From Moniliella sp. 'wahieum' (taxonomy: Eukaryota), in NCBI GenBank assembly GCA_003971905.1, contig RSEE01000013.1:124001-188000 (forward strand): a stretch of DNA of 64,000 bases, written 5' to 3'. The first letter of the stretch is position 1, and every line of letters begins with the position of its first letter. The notes beneath the pieces were generated by a model that worked only from the letters and a program-made list of their open reading frames with translations, was not told where the DNA came from and ran no database searches. The translations under genes and the position numbers were made by a program. This document shows positions 25,411-38,451 of the stretch, in pieces.

Positions 25411-25728
25411 CGATGGCAGCGGCCCGAGGGGGTGGGGGGAGGCGTGCGGAGGCGTAGGCCGGGAGGCGGGTGCTGCGTTTCAAAGTTGAATGGCAGGCAA
25501 CGGCCAGCCAGCGAATACGGGGTTACCAGTTACTAGTTACCGATGCACGTGCGCTTGCGCCACCTGAGCGCCCTGAGCGCCCTGAGCGCTAAGCACCGCC
25601 CGCCAGGACCTGCCAATAGCAGAAGAACCCCCCACCTGCCTAACAACCAGCCCCAGACACCTCGGCCAGCCCAGCCCCGCCTGCTCCCCTTCCCCTCTCG
25701 TGCCCTCTGGCACACCCCGTCGCACACC

Positions 25729-27570
25729 ATGCCCCCGCCGCCCTCCCAGCGCCCCACAAGCATCCCCACACTGCCCGCCTCGTGTCCCTCGCCGGCGGCG
25801 CCGTCGTTGCGCTCAGCGCCGGCAGCAACTATGCCTTCTCCTCCTTTGCGCCCCAGCTGCAGGAGTCGCTCCACCTCACCTCGACCCAGATCAACATCAT
25901 TGGCCTCGCAGGCAACATGGGCGTCTATCTCTCTGGCCCCCTCTGGGGCACCTGGGTCGACCAACATGGCCCACGCCTCGCTCTCTTGTGTGCCGCTACC
26001 CTCGTAGCCCTCGGCTACGGCGGCCTGTCTTTCTTTGCTCCCAATGGCCCACACCAGGACACGGGTCTGCCTGCGTTGCATGAACCCCCCAGCATGGCAT
26101 CGCCCACCGTCCTTGCCCCCCTCTTCTTTTCCCTGGCGACTGGAGTGGCCAACTCTGGCGCCCTGGCCGCAAGTATGAATGCCCAGGCCAAGTCATGGGG
26201 CGGCAACCGTCGGGGAACAGCTACCGGCATTGTCCTGGCTGGATTTGGACTGAGTGCGGCCTTCTACTCCACCTTAAGCTCCACCTTCTTTGCGGACAAT
26301 CCACGCAACTATCTCCGATCTATTGCCGTCATCTCCTTCTTCGCCTTTATCGCGGGCACATTTGTTATTCGCATTCTGCCCCCCGCCCATCACCATGCAC
26401 ACCACCATGCCCACTCAGCTCAAGCGCATCACGGCTCGCAAGCAGACGAACAGGCCGCAGTCCTTCCTACTCGTGTGCGTACCTTATCGTCCGCCCAATC
26501 GCGCTCTCGTTCCCGGTCTCTGTCGAGGCCGTATGGACGTCGTCGTACCACGTCAGAAGTCAGCGCGTTGCCCTGGTCTGGTATCTCGGCTGCGGCCGGT
26601 GCTAGTTCTTCGTCCGATTCAGGCGCGGAGGATGTGACTACACTCGCGGCCGATGTGGAGGCGGTGGGGGGCTACGGCGCGGTTGGCGACGGAACTCGCG
26701 ACCGTACTCATTCCGTTGGCCAGCTGGTCCACAGCCTTCCCGAGGGAGAGCCGCTGCCCGATCCACATGAGTTGAATATCACTGGCTGGAAGCTGCTGAG
26801 TGACTATGACTTTTGGCTGCTGTTTACCCTTATGGCCATAGTTTCAGGCGCAGGGCTGCTGTTGATCAACAATGTCGGGACCATCACTCGCACTCTCTAT
26901 CGCTCGGGCCTGAAGTACCCAAAATCACTCTTGGACGAGACCGAATGGGCTGTGCCCCTCGCCCAGGATGCGGTGGCTGTTATGACTGGTGCATGTCCCG
27001 CTGAAGGGGGGCAAGAAAAAGCGAGCTGAACGGGCGGCCGAAGTGCACCGGTTGCAAGCTCAGCAAGTCAGTGCCATCTCGCTTGGCAATGCAGTTGGGC
27101 GTATTGCAATTGGTGTTCTGGCTGATTTGGCTGTCAGCTTGGTGAATGGACAAGAAGAAATTCGGGTCTGGCTCCTGGTGCCTGTTTGCGCCATGGCAGT
27201 GGCCTCGCAAATGTTTGCAGCTTACCCAGGAGCAGTCGGTACCGTTCCTGCACTCTTGATTCTGAGTAGCTCCACTGGGATCATGTACGGCACTCTGTTT
27301 GGAATTTGCCCCTCCCTCAATCTGGAATTCTTTGGCTTGGCCAACTTCAGTGCCAATTGGGGCATCCTCTCCCTTGCTCCCGTCGTGGCCGGTAATACGT
27401 TTAACCTCATCTTTGGTTATGTGTATGATTCTCACGTGCTCCAAACCCCGGGTGCCCACGAGTGTCTGCAGGGGGAGGAATGCTACCGTTCAACGTTTGT
27501 CATCACGGCCTATTGTGCTGTGGCGCATGCGGCCTGGCTGCCGCCCTCGTGTGGCGCCGAGGACGCTTGA
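25729..27570 (+). CDS. MFS transporter, Mch1/nodulin-like family
   Basis: VVALSAGSNYAFSSFAPQL..INIIGLAGNMGVYLSGPLWGTWVD, RGTATGIVLAGFGLSAAFYS, GAGLLLINNVGTI, GNAVGRIAIG, EFFGLANFSANWG, NLIFGYVYDSH..CLQGEECY. Confidence 0.85.
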
Positions 27571-27793
27571 CGTGGTTCTCATGAACAGGAAGGCAAAAGG
27601 ATCCTGCTCGCCTACGTCCCACTGCTGCCATCGCTTTCTTTCTCGATATTTTTCTCATTAATCCCGCCCCTTCTCGCACAGCGTTTGGAATATTTGTATC
27701 CTTTGCACCTTTCTCTAGATCTCTTCAATGGTCCCCACAGGCTAATCCTATGACCCTCTTCTCGTCTCTCTCTCACTCCTTATCTCTGTCTTG

Positions 27794-27932
27794 CAGTGAC
27801 AATAGGTAAAGTGTGGGGGCTTTGGTGTGGATAATGGCATTATGGGGTCGAAACATTGTGACCCCGTTTGTAAGTAAGGCCCAGATCACCCATGCATACG
27901 GCCTCCCGCACTTCTCACATATAATGTCACAG
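27794..27932. repeat. About 140-bp imperfect inverted repeat (MITE-like or fold-back relic)
   Basis: Left arm CAGTGACAATAGGTAAAGTGTGGGGGC versus reverse complement of right arm CTGTGACATTATATGTGAGAAGTGCGGGAGGC; inner GGGGTC (27844-49)/GACCCC (27860-65). No clear target-site duplication. Confidence 0.35.
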
Positions 27933-28199
27933 TGGCATGGCATGCTAACCTACTTCTCGCGATCAGTGTGCTAAACACTTCCGTATACACGTGCGCAGAG
28001 AATACATATCACGGCGCAAATGGGTCCGTTCGCGACCCGCAGGAGAGTTGAAAAAAGGGTTCGTTGCCAATCAAGTCGTACAGGGGTCAAATGATGCTAT
28101 TTAGTTGTCGGCACACACTCAGGAGGGAGAGCGAGATTAGACTTCAGGATCTCTTGCGGAAGACATTTCGGCGCAGGTGGGAGGGCTGGTGTTATAACG

Positions 28200-29913
28200 C
28201 TAGACACTGTACCGGAACTCAGGGTTGAACCGGTCGGTCAAGTTGAGGAACTCGTGGTTCTTAGTTGGTGGCTTGTATGTGCCGTTGGCAATCGCTTTCT
28301 CCTTGGCCCGGTCGCGTTTGCGGTTCTCCCGGGCAAAGAGGTACCAGATCAGAGCAAAGTCCAGAGCACAGAAGAAATAGATGATGGCCATGGCAATCTT
28401 GGCAGGCAGGTAACGGGGAGCCGTATTGTGTGTCAAAATCTGAGGCGAGACGATGTTCTGGATTGATGTGTAGAGATGCAAATTAAGATGGGAGATGAAA
28501 AGTTAGTCGATCGTTCTACAGAGTAACAAAAGAGAAGCCCACACGTACGCCGATGGTGTAGGCCACAGACTGAACGGCTGAAACCGTAATTTTCTTACTC
28601 GCCCCTCCAACGTTGGATGAGGCAAGTGCCAAGAGGATGACCCATCCCACAGTCATTCCACCCGTTAGGAAATATCCAATCAGTGCCGGCACCTTCTCCG
28701 TCGTGGCCATCAGGACCGCCCCCACAAAGCCAGGAATGTGACCCACAATGCCCCAGAAAATCCGCTTGTTTGTCCTTGACGCGAGCCAGCTGAGCACAAT
28801 CGGCACCACCACTTGTACTGCGCCCAGCGGTGTCACCAGAATCAACGACTGGTTCGCCGTGTATCCAAGGCCCATGACAAGCATGGTGCCAAACGAGGTG
28901 ACAAAAGCGTTGGGAATACCAGCGGCCATCAGCCAAAAAAGCAGGCCCACGTGAATGGTTCCAGCGGCGCTTCGCGGCACTGAGCCCAGTCAAAGTGTCG
29001 TGATCCAATGCCTTGTTCGTTGCCGCGTAGGCGCTCAATGTGAATCGCCTTCTCCCGGTTGGTGAGGAACCAAGCATCGGCGGGCGAGTTGGGCAGCAGC
29101 ATGTAAAATATAACCCCAAACAAGACTGCCATCATGCCAAACACGATAAAGCAAATCTGCCAACCGCGAAGGGTTGATTGCGGGTCCGAGCCCACATGCG
29201 TCGCAATCCCATATGCAATCGCACCCCCAAGATCTGGGCTAGACCACAGCTAGCGAACCAAAGGCCAACACGGAGAGCTTGTTCACGGCGAGTGTACCAT
29301 TGGCTGGTATACACCACCCATGCAGGCACGACCGTAGCTTCCGTGAGGCCAAGGAAGAAACGTGTGGCAAGCAAGCCACCATAGGACTTAATCCCGCTTG
29401 TGCCGCCACAATCACACCCCAAAGGATCACATTGATGGAGACGTACGGCCGAAGCGGAAAGTATTGCAACAGGCGGATGGTGGGGAACTCACCCACAGCT
29501 AGTCCAACAAAGAAGAGTGTGGCCACCGCGTTAAAGTGCTCTCCCACCGCCAAAGTGGGAATGGACTGTTTGATCCCCAGCGCAGCGGAGTACGAGATGG
29601 AGGTCTTATCCATGTACTGGGTAAAGTAGATGGCCAGCAACATGGGAAGCACGTGTAAATCCACCTTGCGCACAAGCCGGCGCTTTTCTTCGGCCGTCGC
29701 CTCCCCCATCTCACCGACGCGGGCGAGGACTTGGAGCGCGTCATCTGCATGAGAGTTGATAGACTCTTCGGATGCGGCAGGAGCGCCGGCGGCGTATTTC
29801 AAGTCATTACCTCTTCGCCTTGTTGTCAACCGAGCTGCGCGGCGATTCTGGCCCCCGGCGGCTGCATCTTCAACGTCAACTTTCTCCTTTCCTGAGGCAG
29901 GCGAAGCGACCAT
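28200..29913 (-). CDS. MFS anion:cation symporter, Dal5/allantoate permease family
   Basis: RRLVRKVDLHVLPML..YFTQYMDKTSISYSA, RFFLGLTEA..SQWYTRREQALRVGLWF, LPNSPADAWFLTNREK, SNVGGASKK, NIVSPQ..APRY, RENRKRD..FLNLTDRFNPEFRY; intron near 28460-28547. Confidence 0.9.
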
Positions 29914-30053
29914 TTTTTTGGGAATGACGGCGGGGAGGTGAGATATGGTGGTCGAGGGAGAAGTGGTATACAAGCAGTAGTATATATACTCACAGGACCT
30001 GTTCAAATGATGTGCAGATGTGACATGCGCGAATGTTCGATTGCCGTGCTGGC

Positions 30054-30250
30054 CAGAGAGGAAGCAGGAGTGTAAGGAGTCGAGGTGGCACGAAGCCAGG
30101 TAGGAGTTGGGGGCATGGGAAAGGACCGTCGTACTCTGGCACCTATGGCAAGAGAGAGAAGCACCGGGCAATCAAGGAAGCGAGGCAGAGAGGGAAGCAG
30201 GGAGTGTAAGGAGTCGAGATGGCACGAAGCCGGGTAGGTGTCAGGGGGCA
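30054..30250. repeat. Two-copy, about 55-bp imperfect direct repeat upstream of the Dal5-like gene
   Basis: CAGAGAGGAAGCAGGAGTGTAAGGAGTCGAGGTGGCACGAAGCCAGGTAGG (30054-30104) and CAGAGAGGGAAGCAGGGAGTGTAAGGAGTCGAGATGGCACGAAGCCGGGTAGG (30186-30238), each followed shortly by GGGGGCA. Confidence 0.85.
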
Positions 30251-31557
30251 ATTGAAGCCAAAAGGTGGTGGAAAGGAGACAAGCAAGGGATGCCGTTGAG
30301 CTCGTCAAATCCCATCAAAACCCCAAGCTTCAACCCCCCTAATGCGCCCACCGCGGGAATCGGCCGCCCAAATACAGCCTGCTACTAATACTCCCCAACC
30401 CCCCGGCCGGTGATCCCGGTAACACAAAAATAACCAGGGATCTAATCGGCCTAATAATCCAAGATGTAAGACCGGAGGAACTCAAGGGGTTGGGTGATGA
30501 ACCTCTGGTGATCAAGAGCAAAGCAATCGCGATGGTGGTGGCTAAGGTCTAATATGGTCTAAGCTCTAAGCCTTATGCCACATGCCACACCTTCAAGGAG
30601 ACAGGGGGTTCAAACAAGCCTGAGTATATACCTGGAGGCTTCGGAGGTCAAACCGGTCAAATAAGCCGCAAAGGGTGACCGGTGACAAGGCGCCTTGATC
30701 TACGTACGGGACCGCAGGTCCCAACGCAAGATCCTCGATTCGCATCCTTCCATGCCCTGCAAACTGAGACGCCACTGCTTTCCTGTACCTCGCACGGTCC
30801 AGATGCTGGCTGATCCGGTCTTGAGGGCTGCGACTCAGTATTCAATGGCAGAGGGAGGACTCCCAGATGTTGACCCCAGGGGACAAGCAGGCTACTATCA
30901 ACTTGAATGGCATGCTGACGCACTCAGTCTTCGAGACTTGTGTGTTGGGCGCTGGTGCGTCAGGGGTCACTAGTAGTCACTGGTCATGCGAGCTGTCCGA
31001 GCTGGTCTCTCTCAGATGCCCCCAGCCTCAGCGACTACTAAAGAGGCCTGAGGCCTGAGGCACGCAATGGGATGAAGGATGAAGCTTTTGAAGAGAGAGG
31101 GAGATTGGTCTCTGAACCTATCGCTCATCGATCATCATCGCGTCTCTCAGTGCTCTCCGTATGATCAGTCAGTCACTCGGCTTTCGCGCGCTTGCTTCTC
31201 TTATCCTACTCCGCGCAGTAAGGTATTGGCCGTGCATGCCATTTGAATCGCTCCTAGCCCCGGATGCAAGGAAGCGCGTGCTGCGACTCCCTCCCCGCAG
31301 CTGGTTACGCTACCGCGCGTGCCCGCCAGTCTGACAAAACATGATGGACCTTCACGAATGACGAAGCGATGAAAGATGATCGATGAAGCTTGAAGTGGGG
31401 TCAAGATGCTAGCCTACCTGTCGAGATGCGACAATGAACCCGCCAGGCAACAGCCGTCCTGGTTTACCGACAAGCGCACCCACCCGGACGCTAGAGTACA
31501 GGGCAAGAAAATACATTCCTCGGTTTCCAACGTGGATAACCAAGACCGTTGGATCCA

Positions 31558-33311
31558 TCATGCATCATGGAGACGTTTCGATAGCACCCGTTGGTGAGCG
31601 TGACCGCTGAGGGTGCAAAGCAGCAAGACAGGGGGTGCTGGCCCGCCCTCGGCCTCGTCCGCCAGCGGATCCGAGGGAGCCCTGGGCGTCGTTGTCACCT
31701 GGCTGGAATAGTGGACCGGACGCACTTCGAACCCCTCGGAACCACGGCGCATGCGCACATGGCCCACCTCCGGTGCTTCCATCACGGCATGTGCTGGCAT
31801 AGGCGAGGACACAGCCGCGGTTTCTTGACTATGCCAGCTCGTTCCGTTGGCCCGGGCTGGTGCAGGGCCCGGGGTGATCGAGGCGGCAGGCTTGCGGTGA
31901 CGAAGAGAAAACTCCCCCTTGCGCAGGTAAGCAAGCGGGACATTTTCGTCCTCATTTTCTTCCTCCTCTTCCTCTTCCTCTTCCTCTTCATCGGCATCGA
32001 CATCGGTGGCGTCGGACAAGAGTGCTGCTGCGGAGGAAACGGACGAAGCAGAGGAGCGCCTAGCCCCGCGTGAGCGCGAATTCTCGGCTTGAGCTTCCCG
32101 TGCCAAGTGTTCTTGACGATACTGTCGTTCCATAACGCGTAAAGGATCACGAGGGGGCCAACGGTATTGCGAGAGGATCCGAAACAGTGGGATAGGACCA
32201 GCCCGACAAGTTGGCCGCCGTGGCGGCAGTAGCTTGCGCTTGGGTATGGGGCAAGACCGCCCGCAGCGCATGAGGGACATGGGTAGGGGGAGCTGGTGGT
32301 ACAGGCATGGTAGCCGGGTAGGTGGTCAATGTAGGTACGAACCAGAGCCAGGGACGAGAGCCCAGTGTGGCAAGCAAATTGGCAACCGTACCCACAGAGA
32401 AGGGATACTGTGCCTCGGAGCTGGAGATGCGACCCCGGCGGGCCAAGGTGGCCGCACGACTGGTTTCGGAGGACTCGAGGATGTTTGGTTGGCCATGGTG
32501 AGAAAAAACATGTACAGTGAAAAGCCCCCGACGAGCAGCAGGATCAAGCAGGAAAAGACCATGTTGGTCAGTAGCACCCCCATCACGAACGACGTGGGGG
32601 CCCCGCGGCGAATGCGCCACGCGTCGAGAGCGACTTGGGCCAATAGATAGAGATTAAATGACAGGCAGACATCCACCGCCAAGAGGAACCGAAGAAAGTC
32701 GCCGTAATTGCGCGCGCCAATACAATTGCCCAGCCAAGGGCAGTGATGGTCCATTCGCGCAATGCACACCCGCGCAGACACGGCAGTGGTGGGCGCGCGG
32801 CGGCTGGAACCAGCGACAACGAGTACACCATCGTGCCCCCCTGCTCGCAAAAGGCGGTACTACAACTGCCGGCGCTGGGCCAGGGCAAGTGCTTCGGACG
32901 AAGGCGGGGTGGCTGAGCTGCTGGCGCTCGACGTGTCCGACTCTTCACCCGCCTCCTCATCCGCATCAAGTTGCGACACTTGGGATGTGCTCGCGAGGCC
33001 ATTGAGGGCAGCGACAACGTCGGGGAAGGCGGTGACAGGCGGCGTCCATCCGTGCGCATCAATGCGCCCGGGATCACTGAAAACAGAGCTGAGGTAGCTC
33101 GCGTACAGGGCGCCAATGCCAACGGTGAGGGGGCCAATGGAATGCGCCAGGGCGCGGCGGAAGGGGGGGTAGAGCCCCTCGAGGTGGGCCGTGTAGAAGT
33201 AGTGGACCAGGAGCGCCTCGGCGCTGATGCAGAGCGAGCTGATGAGCAGCAGACGCCACACCACCCAGATGCGCTGCGTGAAGGTCAGGCGGGGACGCTG
33301 GCCGGGCACAT
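31558..33311 (-). CDS. DHHC palmitoyltransferase, Pfa4-like
   Basis: [81 protein letters not shown]; four TM-like segments. Ends approximate. Confidence 0.88.
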
Positions 33312-33884
33312 GGCGGGGCGGGTGGGCGGAGGATGGGTGCTGGTAAACGCAGCGGACGGGGCCAGGAGACACTCAGCACCAGGCACATCGAGGCTGTCGT
33401 CCGACGGACTATCGGCGCTGGGCGCGGGAGAGAGGACGGAGGGGGCGTGTGGGGTCAAGTGCGGGCATCATCGTGGGGTGGTGGGTTCTCCCGCTGCGCT
33501 GGGCTGGAGTGCATGCGCGCCACCTGGAGCGCCTCGCTCGCACCGCACACGCGACGCTGGGGCTGCTGACGTGGTGGTTGAATATTTCAAGTGCCATGAC
33601 GCCAGCCGGAGGCTACTGCGTGCGTACGCTGTGGGGCCTGAGGGAGAGCGGGCATTGCAATGCATAAGGGCCGTGCGCCTTATGGGCGTTGGGTGGGGCT
33701 TGCCTTGGCTAACGCTGACCGGTCGTTGCTTCCCGTTTGAACCGGCTCGGCCATCGGTTGAGGCTCCAGCACGTCCCCACACCAGCGTACCCCGGCTTAT
33801 GTCCGGCGGGGGCCAGACCAACCAGAAGCCCACCCGCCGACTGCAGTCACCTACCACCACTCCCCCCCTAACCCCCCATTCACC

Positions 33885-35011
33885 ATGCACCCAGCCACGC
33901 AAGAAAGCGCTCCAGCTGACGCGTGCCCCACCGGATCCGCCAAGGGCACGCCCCACACCGTCGCTCTGGCCACCGTCCCCGTCCCCACCCCTGGCCCGGG
34001 CAAGTGCTGGTCCGCATCCTCGCCTCGGGCTTCAACCGACGCGACGAGTGGGCGCGCCACGGAATGTACCCTGGCTTGGTCTACACCAACTCCACCTTGG
34101 GCTGCGACGCGGCCGGGTCGTGGTTGCCCCTCGGAGGCCGCCAAGGCAGGCCTGGTGTTACTCGCGCCCCAGCGCGGCTGGGTCTCTGACCCCGCTGGCC
34201 CGGGACGCAGCGCGGAAGATGCAGGACCCAACGAGTTTGGCGGTCGCGGCTTTGGCATCCTCGGCGCCACCAAAGCGACCAATGGGGTGGGCACGTTTTG
34301 CGAGTACATCGTGGTGAACCAGGACCAATTGGTGCCTGTGCCGGCGCACTTGGATGCGGTCCATGCCGCCGCGCTGCCCTGTGCGGCGACAACAGCGTAC
34401 CGTGCCTGTTTACCAAAGGCCAGCTAGAGGCGGGACAAATCGTGTTGATCACTGGCATTGGCGGCGGAGTGGCCCAGCTGGCAGCCCAATTGGCCGTGCG
34501 GCCGGGGCCCGCGTCTTTGTCACGGCCGGGAGCGAAAGTAAGTTGGCGCACGCGACCGACGTGCTGGGCGTGGAGGGCGGTGCGCTGTACAAAGATGCGC
34601 AGTGGCCTCACCAGATCAAGAAGTTGATCAGCTCGGATGGCCAGGGCAAGGCACTGGACCTGGTCATCGATTCGGCGGAGGCGATATCATGACCCAGTCA
34701 GCTCTCGCTGGCTTACGGAACGGGGGCAAAGTGGTCTGTTACGGCATGACTGCCGCGCCGCAGATTAGCTTTGATATGCGCGCCGTCTTGCGCAACATTG
34801 ACCTGCTGGCTCCACCATGGGTTCCACCCGCGAATTTCGCGAGGCAATCGAGTTTATCGGCAAACACCGCATTTGCCCAGTCATCGATACGTCCTACCCT
34901 CCCTGGAGCATGCGACTGAAGGGCTCGCTTTGTTGGCGACTCGTCCAAGCGGCAGGGCGGCAAGATTGTGGTCCAAATTACGCCTACTTCTGGGACAGTT
35001 TCGAGCCTTGA
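33885..35011 (+). CDS. Medium-chain dehydrogenase/reductase (zinc-independent quinone oxidoreductase-like)
   Basis: VPTPGPGQVLVRILASGFNRRDEW..GMYP..LGCDAAG, GTFCEYIVV..VPAHLD..AAALPCA..TAYRA, VLITGIGGGVA, GGKVVCYGMTA, MGSTREF. Confidence 0.87.
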
Positions 35012-35837
35012 GAGCCTAGGCCTCTTTCGTTCCACTATCAGCTCCAACATCTACCGTGTGAACTACCCTGATTTCTCCTTTTTTCCCGAGAAAAACGCGA
35101 TAAAAAAGAATATGCAATCCAGCGAGCTTAACACACGCCCAAAAGGATTGTGAGGGTGGGTGGGGGGGAGGGATATGACGGCATGAAACAGTTAGGTGCC
35201 TGAAGACTTTTGAAGAGAAACTGCCAGGACTGGTGGTGAGCCAGAGCTGAAGGAGCAAGAAAGCATAAAGCCGATATTGCTTTCATGAGGCAGTGCCTGC
35301 GCGGGACTTGTCGGGACTTTGGCTCAGCCGTCTCGGGTGGAGGTAGGACCCCGCTGAAAAACACGGTGGCAGTAGGCAATGCTGTTTCTTTGGCAAGTAT
35401 ACCCAGAGTATAGGCCATCGTAACTACTGCGCCCATGTCGACGAGACAGCGGAGGTTTGTGTCCCCTGCAGTGATGGTACGGCTGTGGTTCTTTCTCTTC
35501 CTAGGCGGGCACGGAGACTCGGACCTGATTCGAAACGGAGCTTTTTGTGTAGCGTCCATCTGGTCCCGATAATGCGGATAATGTCAATTCGGTAAGAGTA
35601 GGAGTGTAATTCGGCTGCGTTATAAGCTGGCAGCATCCCAGAGCTCCACAAATCGATTACGACCGAGCCACTGGGAGAGGGGTGAACGTTGAACCACCGT
35701 TGACGTTGAGCAGGGCTGAGCCTCAGCTCGGTTGTGCAGGGGAAGTATGCTTACCAGATGGCACTGGTTGATGTACGAGGGAACCTTGAGAATGAAGAGT
35801 TCGACTAACATTTGTGAGCGAGGTGGCTACGCCACTG

Positions 35838-36793
35838 CTAAAAGCCCTCTTGAGCCAGGTCAGAGCAGATTTGCTGGTAAAACTGCGCAGCTTGGAACGG
35901 GGGCGGCCCGGCATGAGGCTGACGACGGTACGAGGGCAAGGTGGCTGCCCAGCCAATGATCTGCATGTGATGCACGTCATGGAGTGTGTGGTACTGCCCC
36001 CACTGCGAACTAGGGACCGAGACAAGACCATCGTTCGGATCCGGGAGGAGAATGCGATAAAAGGGATAGAGGTAGTGCCAGCGCGGAGGCTTAAACGAAG
36101 CCCCAACTGAACATCTTGCACCTCGTACCGGGCACAAGGTGCGACTGAGGATCCGGCGCGTCGTCCAGCGTTGATTGAAAATCGAAGAAAGCGCAGGGTG
36201 AGCTGCTCAAATGCCTCTCCCCCACCTGGAACACCAAGACGGTGCAGCGCACGGAGCAGGGTGGGGATCCGCTGGCGGCCCAGCACGTGGTCCAACAGTA
36301 CATCTGCCACTCTCGAACCGCGATGAGGCGTGGTGATGGTCGTTGTGCTGGCCACCTCGAATCGCGGGGGACGAGAAGAACTGCATTTCTGCACTACCGT
36401 CCAAGCCAGACTCTCCGGATCCTCCGTTCGAGCTGACGGGCTGAGGGGGGACGGGGCCCAAGCGCGGCGCTGGCGCGCAACTAGGAACCGTGCGTCCCCC
36501 ATGGAATGGCCGACGAGGTTGACCACCCGCTCCGAGGGCAGGATGCCCTGGCGGTCCAGCCAGGCATCGATTTGCTGTTCGAGCGCTTCGGCGCGAACGG
36601 GCATGCTGCCAGTAAGCGGGACACGGGTTGCATGGGCGTGCACGCCGCGAGCCTCCAGCTGGTCCAGCACACCACGCCAGTAGTGGATGGGATGGAGGGG
36701 CGGCAGATAGATCGTGTCCCACCCGAACAGGCCGTGGGCAAAAAACACAGGGTACTGCGGCGCCCGTCTACCCACTGCGCCCGTTGCCGCCAT
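35838..36793 (-). CDS. Tgl2-like triacylglycerol lipase (alpha/beta hydrolase), short form
   Basis: YPVFFAHGLFG..HYWRGV, VNLVGHSMG(G)DAR nucleophile motif, TTITTPHRGS, PNDGLVSVPSSQWG..HHMQIIGW, LAQEGF*. Confidence 0.88.
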
Positions 36794-36946
36794 GGTGGTG
36801 GCACTTGCCGGTGACGATGATGTCGATGATGGTTGCACATAGGTGTGAGGTCATGCGGGCCAAATGGTCACATGGTCACTAGGTCACACTGGAGGGACGG
36901 CATCCATTGCTTTACACTTGGACTGGATGGGCACGTCGTCAAGTAA

Positions 36947-37033
36947 GGTGCTATGGTGTAGTGGTCATCACGTCTCCTTTACAGTCTGACTGAGAAACGG
37001 AGAAGGTCCGCGGTTCGAACCCGCGTCGCGCCA
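36947..37033 (+). tRNA. tRNA-Val(TAC) with 14-nt intron
   Basis: GGTGCTA acceptor (one mismatch), TGGTGTAGTGGT A-box, anticodon stem TCTCC/GGAGA with TT-TAC-A, intron 36984-36997, GGTTCGAACCC B-box, TTTTTT Pol III terminator at about 37035. Confidence 0.92.
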
Positions 37034-37709
37034 GTTTTTTGGCTTTTCGTTTTGGAAACAGTGCATTCGACGTGGCAGTGGCGTTGCGGAGGCGCTCACT
37101 CTCGCGGCTGCCCTGGCGCTTCAAATCCAACCCCAAGGGGGGCTAGTCAGTTGTGTACGTCAACGTTGAAAGTTGAACACGTTTATCGGTGAACACGTCT
37201 CCAACACGCCACTACACGCAACACGGCGCGTGCTTGGATGGCTGGATGGCACGGTGTGTTGCTCAAGAGTGGGGTTAGGCAGGCCGGGCACGCTGGAACA
37301 GCTGGAATGGTGGAACGGCATGGCAGCCAGCTGGGGCGCAAGCCACCTGGCCCATGCCAAGAGCCCTATATCCTCGATCATCGATCATCCACCAGATAGC
37401 AGCGCACCCTCATGCTCCAGGCCGCAGCTGCCCGGCCGATCAGGCGGAGCATCCGCGTCTGAGATCTAAGATCTGACGTCTGACATCCGCTCAGTGCCCC
37501 CGCGCGGGGCGCTGCGAGTGGCTGCCTTGGCCTGCCTTGGCCGCCTTGGCCCCTACACTGCGCTCCTGCGTCCCAGCACGGCCAAATGGGCGCAAGCAGG
37601 CGCACTGCCCCTCGCTTCGCCTCTCGTTGCACAGCCAACCGGGCACGAGAGCACTGTGTCCTTCTCACCTATAGCCCCCTTGCCTCTTTCGACCCCACCC
37701 CTCTACCCA

Positions 37710-37786
37710 TCTCCCCGTCTCCCCGTCTCCCCGTCTCCCGTCTCCCGTCTCCCCGTCTCCCCGTCTCCCCGTCTCCCGTCTCTCCG
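37710..37786 (+). repeat. (TCTCCC[C]G)n tandem repeat, about 10 units
   Basis: Directly visible 7/8-bp units upstream of the paxillin-like gene. Confidence 0.9.
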
Positions 37787-37888
37787 GGCCAAGCTCCTCT
37801 GTTTCCTATCCCACCTACACCTCTTGTCTTTCGTTCTTTCGTTTGAACTCTGTGCCTCGCGCCCTTTTCCGTACCCCCGCCCACTTCC

Positions 37889-38419
37889 ATGTACCAGCTC
37901 CGCCCCTCTGCACCTGACGGACCCAGCATCGCCGACGCCCCTGGCCCTCCACCATCACGCTCCCTCTGCATCGGCAGCTTGCTCCCTTCCTCTGTGCCAC
38001 CCGAACCATTCATGCCTCTTGCCCCGCCTTCGCCTCACTTGGAGTTTACCCAGCTGTCCCATCAGGACGTCAACATGGCTGGTTTTGGAGCTCGCAAGTT
38101 TGCTCACCAGCAACATCTCCTCCGTCAGCACAGCGCCGCTGCATCCCGACCTGCTCCTGCGCCTTATACCCTGCCCTGGCGCCCCAAACACCTTCCCCCC
38201 GCGCGCCCCGACCCAGACTCTTCCCTACTCCCCCCGTCAAGCTCAAGAGCATCGAGCCAAATGTGCCGACTGCGGCGGTTGATCACCCTGGATCAGCTCG
38301 AGACCCACAGCTGTAGCAGCGGGGACGAGGATAACACGTCTCCCTTGTTTGAGTCCCCGATCGAAGTTTCCCCGGCTGGGCGGCCGCCTTGGCTTCTCAG
38401 CCCGAACCCTATTCCGATT

Positions 38420-38451
<32 letters not shown>

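Noticed and set aside
30054..30250. Repeat-spacer-repeat as a CRISPR array
   Set aside because: Only two long imperfect copies, eukaryotic context, no cas genes.
35128..35559. 143-aa minus-strand ORF between the oxidoreductase and lipase
   Set aside because: No recognisable family; lies between convergent 3' ends; unsupported.
38419..38448. (CCGAGC)n, also at 48349-48372, and (CCCAAA)n at about 41663-41690
   Set aside because: Ordinary coding microsatellites encoding PS or PK dipeptide runs; not telomeric or mobile.
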